From positions 2,248 to 66,247 of the forward strand of contig JBCDAA010000002.1 in the NCBI GenBank assembly GCA_039186435.1: a stretch of 64,000 bases of DNA, in the 5' to 3' direction. Of this stretch, positions 59,173-64,000 are shown in pieces (the stretch's first letter is position 1; every line of letters starts with the position of its first letter). The DNA is from Myxococcota bacterium. GTDB lineage: Bacteria > Myxococcota_A > Polyangia > Polyangiales > Houyiibacteriaceae. The position numbers and the translations under genes were made by a program. Under the pieces are notes generated by a model. That model saw only the letters and a list, made by a program, of their open reading frames with translations, was not told the origin of the DNA and did no database searches.

Positions 59173-60600
59173 ATGGCGATTCGTCGAGATGTGCCTCCGC
59201 GTCCGCCTGGGCCGCTCGATTTCGCGGCTCGGGCCGTGTCGCTCGCTCTTCCGCGTTCGGCCAAGCGGGTCGATCGGCTTCGCCTCGACCTCGAAAGCGT
59301 GACCAGCCGACTCCGTGGCGAAGGCCCGTCGTCCTATCGCGATGACCAGCACGCGCCGCCACCTCCACCTGCTCTTTCCGAGGTGGACCTTCTCGCGTTG
59401 ATGCCTCGCCGCGTCGCGGAACGTCTTCGTCAAACGCGTCGCGACCTCGACATGCTGACGAAACGCGCGCGCGGCGATCGGCCTTCGCCGCTGGTCGAGC
59501 GGAAGCCGGGGGGCCGTTCCCTACCGCCGCCCGCGCCGGGCGTTGTGGTGGGACTTCCCCGCTCGCTTGCGCCGCGGGTGATGAAGGTCGTGCAGCTCGA
59601 GCGAGAAACGGCCGATGCGGTGTCGATCTACCTTGAGCCGGAAGACGGTCAGCCGCTTTCCCACGTCGCCGGTCAGTTCCTCAGCATCGACGTGGACGTG
59701 GACGGAGTCCTTCACCGTCGCGCGTATTCGCTCGCGTCTCCCTCGTCGTTGGAAGCGCGCCCGCACATCACGGTCAAGCGCGTTCCGAACGGCATCGTTA
59801 GCAATCACCTCAACGATCATCTGAGCGTCGGTGATTCGCTTTCGACGCTCGGTCCGTCGGGCTCCTTCGTCGTCGCGCCGGACCCGCTTCAAACCCGCCG
59901 TTTCGTGCTGATTGCCGGCGGAAGTGGGATCACGCCGATCATGTCGATCGCCCACACGGTACTCCTCCACGAACCCGGTTCGACGGTGACGCTTCTCTAC
60001 GGCAATCGCGACGTAGACTCGGTGATTTTTCGAGCGCGCCTCGAGGACCTCGCCTCGCGCTTTCCGAAGCGACTTCGCCTCGAGCACGTTTGGGAGAAGG
60101 GCGACGCCCGCGCAGCGACTCTCGGCCGGCTCGACGCCACGACCACGACCGCTTGCCTTCAAGCCTGCGACGCGCTCGACGACGTTCACGAATATTTCGT
60201 CTGCGGACCGACACCGATGATGGATGCGGTCCGCGAGGCGCTCGAGTCCGCCGGCGTTTCTCACGATCGGATTCACGAGGAGCGCTTTACACGGCCGGAA
60301 GACCGTCAGTCCGCCGCCGTTCCCGAGGGCCCGCAGCGACTGCGAATTCTTCTTCAAGGGCGTGAAACCACAGTGCGCGCGGATGAAGGACAGACGCTTC
60401 TCGAAGCCGGTCTTTCCGCGGGCCTGGACATCCCCTTCAGCTGCGCGATGGGCGGTTGCGCGGCGTGCAAGGTAAAGTTGGTGGAGGGTGATGTGGCGAG
60501 CGACGAGCCCAACTGCCTAACGACGGCCGAACGGCAAGAGGGCTGGGTTCTCGCGTGCTGCTCCCGCGCCCTGTCCCCATGCACTCTGGAGATCGTATGA
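59173..60600 (+). CDS. FNR-like oxidoreductase (FAD/NAD-binding + C-terminal 2Fe-2S ferredoxin), N-terminal extension uncertain
   Basis: The domain proper starts near ATG 59581 (MKVVQLERETADAVSIYLEP, RAYSLAS, LIAGGSGITP; C-terminal CAMGGCAACK). The preceding ~135 codons are Pro/Arg-rich and may or may not be translated. Confidence 0.7.
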   Translation: MAIRRDVPPRPPGPLDFAARAVSLALPRSAKRVDRLRLDLESVTSRLRGEGPSSYRDDQHAPPPPPALSEVDLLALMPRRVAERLRQTRRDLDMLTKRARGDRPSPLVERKPGGRSLPPPAPGVVVGLPRSLAPRVMKVVQLERETADAVSIYLEPEDGQPLSHVAGQFLSIDVDVDGVLHRRAYSLASPSSLEARPHITVKRVPNGIVSNHLNDHLSVGDSLSTLGPSGSFVVAPDPLQTRRFVLIAGGSGITPIMSIAHTVLLHEPGSTVTLLYGNRDVDSVIFRARLEDLASRFPKRLRLEHVWEKGDARAATLGRLDATTTTACLQACDALDDVHEYFVCGPTPMMDAVREALESAGVSHDRIHEERFTRPEDRQSAAVPEGPQRLRILLQGRETTVRADEGQTLLEAGLSAGLDIPFSCAMGGCAACKVKLVEGDVASDEPNCLTTAERQEGWVLACCSRALSPCTLEIV

Positions 60601-61358
60601 CCGTCGAAGCCTTACCGTCGCGAACCTCGGGCGACGCGAAGTCGAAGGATGCGGAGCATCGCTTTCGAATGAAGGATCTTTGCGAAGCCGCGGGCCTCGA
60701 GCGTCAGGCGATCCACTTCTACATCCAGCAAGGTCTGCTTCCGCCGGGTCGAAAGACGGGCCGCAACATGGCCTGGTACACCCAGGCGCATATCGACCGT
60801 CTCCTGTTGATCAAGAAGCTGCAGAACGAGCAGTTTCTCCCGCTCAAGGCGATCAAGGCCCTTCTCGACGGGCGCGACTCGAGCTTTACGCCTCAACAGC
60901 GCGCGTTCCTCACCGAGGTCAAAGGACGCCTCGGCAGCTCCCTCAACGGCGGCGAAGAGCGCGGGCGGATGATCGACGCGGCGTCTCTCGCGGAGCGCGC
61001 TGGCGTTGAGCTGCGCGACATCGAAGAGGCTGTTGAAGTCGGCGCGGTCGGATCCCGAACCACCGAGGACGGCGAGCTCGAGATCGCGGCGGCGGACGCG
61101 TGGATGGTCGAGCTCTTCGGACAGATGCGTCGTCTCGGATTCACCCGCGAGCTCGGCTTCACGGTCAAAGACGTGATGGTCTACGAGGAGGCGATGTCGC
61201 GACTCTTTCAGGAAGAGGTGCTGCTCGTCTCCGGTCGCCTCGCAGGACTGCCCCCGTCGCAGGCCGCCGCGATGATCGAGCGCGCGTTGCCGGTCATTCA
61301 CACCTTCTTGACTCGCTACCACGCGAGCCGTGTTCGAGACTTCTTTGGTTCGCTCTAA
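60597..61358 (+). CDS. MerR family transcriptional regulator
   Basis: ATGA overlap with the upstream stop. HTH is FRMKDLCEAAGLERQAIHFYIQQGLLPPG. Confidence 0.8.
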   Translation: MTVEALPSRTSGDAKSKDAEHRFRMKDLCEAAGLERQAIHFYIQQGLLPPGRKTGRNMAWYTQAHIDRLLLIKKLQNEQFLPLKAIKALLDGRDSSFTPQQRAFLTEVKGRLGSSLNGGEERGRMIDAASLAERAGVELRDIEEAVEVGAVGSRTTEDGELEIAAADAWMVELFGQMRRLGFTRELGFTVKDVMVYEEAMSRLFQEEVLLVSGRLAGLPPSQAAAMIERALPVIHTFLTRYHASRVRDFFGSL

Positions 61359-61372
61359 GGTCGCCCGAGGTA

Positions 61373-62611
61373 ATGGTCATGAAAACGCAAGCTCTCCTCC
61401 GAATGTTCCCCGAGAAGTACCGCGATCGCGTGGAGCCCTATCTCGAAGCCGCCGAGCTGATGGCGGAGATTCGCGACCCGAAGGTTGCCGCGTCGCTGGG
61501 CCCGTCGAGCGTGCGGGGACTCTTGTTGCAGCGAGGAAAACAGGGCGTTCCGAGCAAGATGCCGGCGCACCACGAAGCGCATTTCGACTGGAGCTACCCG
61601 AGCGATCAGCCGGAGATGCTCGAGCTCTATCGGCGCGCGAAGGAGCAGCAGTGGGACGGTGAAAAGCGTCTCGACTGGTCGACGGATGTCGATCCGCTGA
61701 ACCCAGAGGTGCCGGTGATTCCGGAGCACTTCCTCAACTTCGAAAAACTCGAGGAGTACGGAGTGAAGCTCTCGGCAAGAGAGCGCAACGAGCTTCGATC
61801 CTCGATTCTGGCGTGGCAGCTCAGCCAGTTTTTGCACGGAGAGCAGGGCGCGCTCTTCGCTGCGGCGCAGGTGACGGAGGCCGTCCAGTTCTTCGATGGC
61901 AAACTCTACGGCGCGACTCAGGTCATGGACGAAGCGCGGCACGTTGAGGTCTTTCATCGCTACCTCGATACGAAGCTCAACAAGCTCTACCAGATCAACG
62001 ACAACCTCTTCGTGATCATCGACGCGCTCATGAGTGACTCGCGCTGGGACATGAAATTTCTCGGCATGCAGATCATGGTCGAAGGGCTTGCTCTCGGTGC
62101 GTTTGGAACGCTCTACAAGATGACGAAGGAGCCGCTTCTTAAGGAACTGCTCAAGAATGTTATTCAGGACGAAGCGCGACACGTACACTACGGCGTGCTG
62201 GCCCTTCGCGAGCACTTCAACAACCACATCAGCGAGCGGGAGCGTCGCGAGCGTGAGGACTGGGCGTTTGAGGTGGCGCTTTTGATGCGAAACCGTTTCC
62301 TCGCGTACGAGGTGTACGACGAGTGGTTCGCCGAGACTTCGCTGACCCGTGCGCAGTGGCGAGATGTCGTCAACACGTCGCCGGGCCTCGAGGAGTTTCG
62401 CTACGTGATGTTCCGGCGGCTGGTGCCGAACCTGCGGGAGATTGGCCTTCTTACCGACCGCATCAAGCCGCATTACGCCCGCGTCGGCCTGATGAAGTAC
62501 TTTCACGAAAAGTCGGCCGACATGATCACCGGCGACGAGATGATCGAGGAGCTCGATGCATCGGGTGGGCTTCCGGACCACGACCACGACCACGATGTCG
62601 CCGTTGCGTGA
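61373..62611 (+). CDS. ferritin-like diiron-carboxylate oxygenase (AurF-like)
   Basis: Two E...ExxH pairs (GEQGA...DEARHVEVF; VEGLALG...QDEARHVHYG) and an acidic His/Asp tail (DHDHDHD). Confidence 0.65.
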   Translation: MVMKTQALLRMFPEKYRDRVEPYLEAAELMAEIRDPKVAASLGPSSVRGLLLQRGKQGVPSKMPAHHEAHFDWSYPSDQPEMLELYRRAKEQQWDGEKRLDWSTDVDPLNPEVPVIPEHFLNFEKLEEYGVKLSARERNELRSSILAWQLSQFLHGEQGALFAAAQVTEAVQFFDGKLYGATQVMDEARHVEVFHRYLDTKLNKLYQINDNLFVIIDALMSDSRWDMKFLGMQIMVEGLALGAFGTLYKMTKEPLLKELLKNVIQDEARHVHYGVLALREHFNNHISERERREREDWAFEVALLMRNRFLAYEVYDEWFAETSLTRAQWRDVVNTSPGLEEFRYVMFRRLVPNLREIGLLTDRIKPHYARVGLMKYFHEKSADMITGDEMIEELDASGGLPDHDHDHDVAVA

Positions 62612-62672
62612 CGCTCCGGTGACACCACTCGGCGAGTTGGGGATCCGCTTCGTGGGATCGTATCCTTAGGGC

Positions 62673-63071
62673 GTGGGGGCTTCCGAACATCCAGCGCTTG
62701 AGCGCTCGACCTCCCCGATCCCTCCGGCGTCGGGGCGAGAGGTCTGGGTGGCCACCTGGGACGTTGGAGGGCTTCGCCGCCTTCGCCTGCGCCTTCACGG
62801 CCGCGCGGATGTGCGTCCTGTCGACGACCTGCGAATGCTGGCGCGGGCGAACGGTTCTGTGACGGTGGTGCTCGACGCCTGCGCGCCGGGCGTGGACGCC
62901 CTCGAGGCCGCGCCGCTTCTCAACGGATCGTACGCGATGGTGATCGTGTGGGGCGCGAGTCCAGAGCTGCGCGAAGCGCTCGCGGCGGAGCCGGGAACGC
63001 GCGGATGGATGCACGTTCCGAACGACACGACGTCGCGCGAGCTCGCAGAGATCCTCAGCTCGCTCTTCTAG
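62673..63071 (+). CDS. hypothetical protein
   Basis: 132-aa GTG-initiated ORF. No family recognised. Confidence 0.4.
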   Translation: MGASEHPALERSTSPIPPASGREVWVATWDVGGLRRLRLRLHGRADVRPVDDLRMLARANGSVTVVLDACAPGVDALEAAPLLNGSYAMVIVWGASPELREALAAEPGTRGWMHVPNDTTSRELAEILSSLF

Positions 63072-63121
63072 ACCGCGCTTCCTTTGAACGCGCAATCAGT
63101 TCAAAGTGCGCGCGTTCTAGA
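63067..63121. repeat. REP-like palindromic element, copy 2 (TCTAGACCGCGC-TTCCTTTGAACG...GCGCGTTCTAGA)
   Basis: Shares TAGACCGCGC and the 12-mer TTCCTTTGAACG (the reverse complement of CGTTCAAAGGAA in copy 1). Contains an 8-bp GAACGCGC/GCGCGTTC stem between convergent genes. Confidence 0.6.
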
Positions 63122-63124
63122 CTC

Positions 63125-64000
63125 CTACGCGCGGGATTCGAGCTCTTCCCAGCGCGCGGTTTTCTCTTCGATCGTCGCGCGGCACGCCTCGAGCTTTGCG
63201 ACGAGCGCAGGCGCTTCGGCCCCGCCGCCAGCGTAGGTGCTCGGGTCGGCGAGGGTCGCTTCGAGGGCGCTGGCCTCCGACTCGAGGTCGTCGATCTCTT
63301 CCAGAAGCGACGCGAGCTCGCGCTTTTCCTTCGAGCTCAAACCGGTGCGCGGTTTCTTCGGTACGGGCTTCTTTGGGGGCGGCGCTTCACTACGCTGTCG
63401 CTCGGTTCGAAGCGCGCGGTACATCGTGTAGTCGCCCATCGTGCGCACGACTTCGCCTTTCCCCTCGAAGGAGAGGATCGAGGTCGCGATGCGATCGAGA
63501 AAGAAGCGATCGTGGGTGACGACGAGCGCGCCGACGCCGAGCTCCAGGATCAGCTCTTCGAGGGCCGCGAGCGTCATCACGTCGAGGTCGTTCGTCGGTT
63601 CGTCGAGGACGAGAAGGTTGGTGGGGCGAAGGAGGAGCTTGGCCAAAAGCACCCGCGCCTTTTCGCCGCCGGAGAGGGCGCTAACCGGCTGACGCTGCTG
63701 CGCCCCGTCAAAAAGAAAGCGCTCGAGGTAGCCGTGAACGCTCATGGTGCGGCCACCAAACTCGAGCTGTCGCTGTCCACCCGAGACGTTTTCGAGAATG
63801 GTCTCGCTCTCGATGAGCCCTTCGCGACGCTGGCCGAGGTAGGTCACCGTGGTGTTCTTGCCGACGACGACGCGGCCGCTTGCGGGCTCGAGTTGTCCGA
63901 GGACCGCCCGCAGAAGCGAGGTTTTGCCCGCGCCGTTCGGGCCGAGAATTCCGACGCGTTCTCCCTTGGCGAGGGCGAGGGTGAGATCCCGAACGAGCAC
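63125..64000 (-). CDS. ABC-F family ATPase (Uup-like), 5'-truncated by window edge
   Basis: Second ABC cassette (GPNGAGKTS, LSGGEKARVLLA, LVLDEPTNDLD) and a C-terminal coiled coil. Runs off the window at 64000. Confidence 0.85.
   Translation of the reverse strand: MLVRDLTLALAKGERVGILGPNGAGKTSLLRAVLGQLEPASGRVVVGKNTTVTYLGQRREGLIESETILENVSGGQRQLEFGGRTMSVHGYLERFLFDGAQQRQPVSALSGGEKARVLLAKLLLRPTNLLVLDEPTNDLDVMTLAALEELILELGVGALVVTHDRFFLDRIATSILSFEGKGEVVRTMGDYTMYRALRTERQRSEAPPPKKPVPKKPRTGLSSKEKRELASLLEEIDDLESEASALEATLADPSTYAGGGAEAPALVAKLEACRATIEEKTARWEELESRA

Noticed and set aside
1-64000. Mobile elements, prophage, integrase/transposase genes, or defence systems (restriction-modification, toxin-antitoxin, Cas, abortive-infection types)
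   Set aside because: No ORF shows DDE transposase, tyrosine/serine recombinase, phage structural, nuclease/helicase-defence or toxin-antitoxin signatures. Apart from the short operator islands, no region shows the broad GC drop expected of recent horizontal insertions.
1-64000. Siderophore biosynthesis cluster (NRPS, PKS, IucA/IucC) expected near so many uptake genes
   Set aside because: No adenylation, condensation, ketosynthase or IucA/IucC-like sequences are visible. Only transport, capture, redox and tailoring (methyltransferase) functions are present.

Overview
High-GC bacterial chromosomal DNA, most likely Myxococcota. Two secreted proteases end in MYXO-CTERM-like tails (GGCGCSSAGGG / GGGCSAGGSG, then a hydrophobic helix and basic residues). 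Most exported proteins are lipoproteins with L-(L/V)-(A/G)-C-G-(D/G)-D-D lipoboxes followed by acidic low-complexity linkers.

Positions ~2,000-50,700 read as one dense metal (probably iron/haem) acquisition super-island. About a dozen short AT-rich islands match the core of the classical Fur box (AATGA-N3-TCATT within GATAATGATAATCATTATC). They sit in nearly every promoter gap and precede operons encoding:
- two TonB-dependent receptors, one fused to a TonB-C-like domain
- an imelysin / di-haem DUF1111 / imelysin / HTTM / His-rich-repeat lipoprotein operon
- HmuY-like lipoproteins, one with three tandem domains
- Kelch and RCC1 propeller lipoproteins
- two PepSY-TM proteins
- a four-member paralogous ~400-aa lipoprotein family I cannot place
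- two DUF4397-like lipoproteins
- S8, HExxH and S41 peptidases
- three SAM methyltransferases
- a MacAB-type ABC system and a heterodimeric ABC exporter pair
- a lipid-anchored azurin
- a pair of small paralogous cytoplasmic proteins

To the right lie a nickel superoxide dismutase operon (sodN-sodX-putative Ni transporter) and housekeeping genes: LMW-PTP, a glutaredoxin-like lipoprotein, parvulin, a double-hotdog thioesterase, rlmN, and EamA. These are followed by an FNR-like reductase / MerR / diiron-oxygenase cluster and a truncated ABC-F gene.

I found no rRNA, tRNA, CRISPR array, transposase, integrase or phage gene. Non-coding curiosities are a 62-65 bp tandem repeat (50.8-51.0 kb), a structured 310-bp gap (25.6-25.9 kb), a REP-like palindromic element present twice, and many in-frame 12-24 bp tandem repeats encoding linkers. 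All family calls come from motif recognition by eye. No database search was run.
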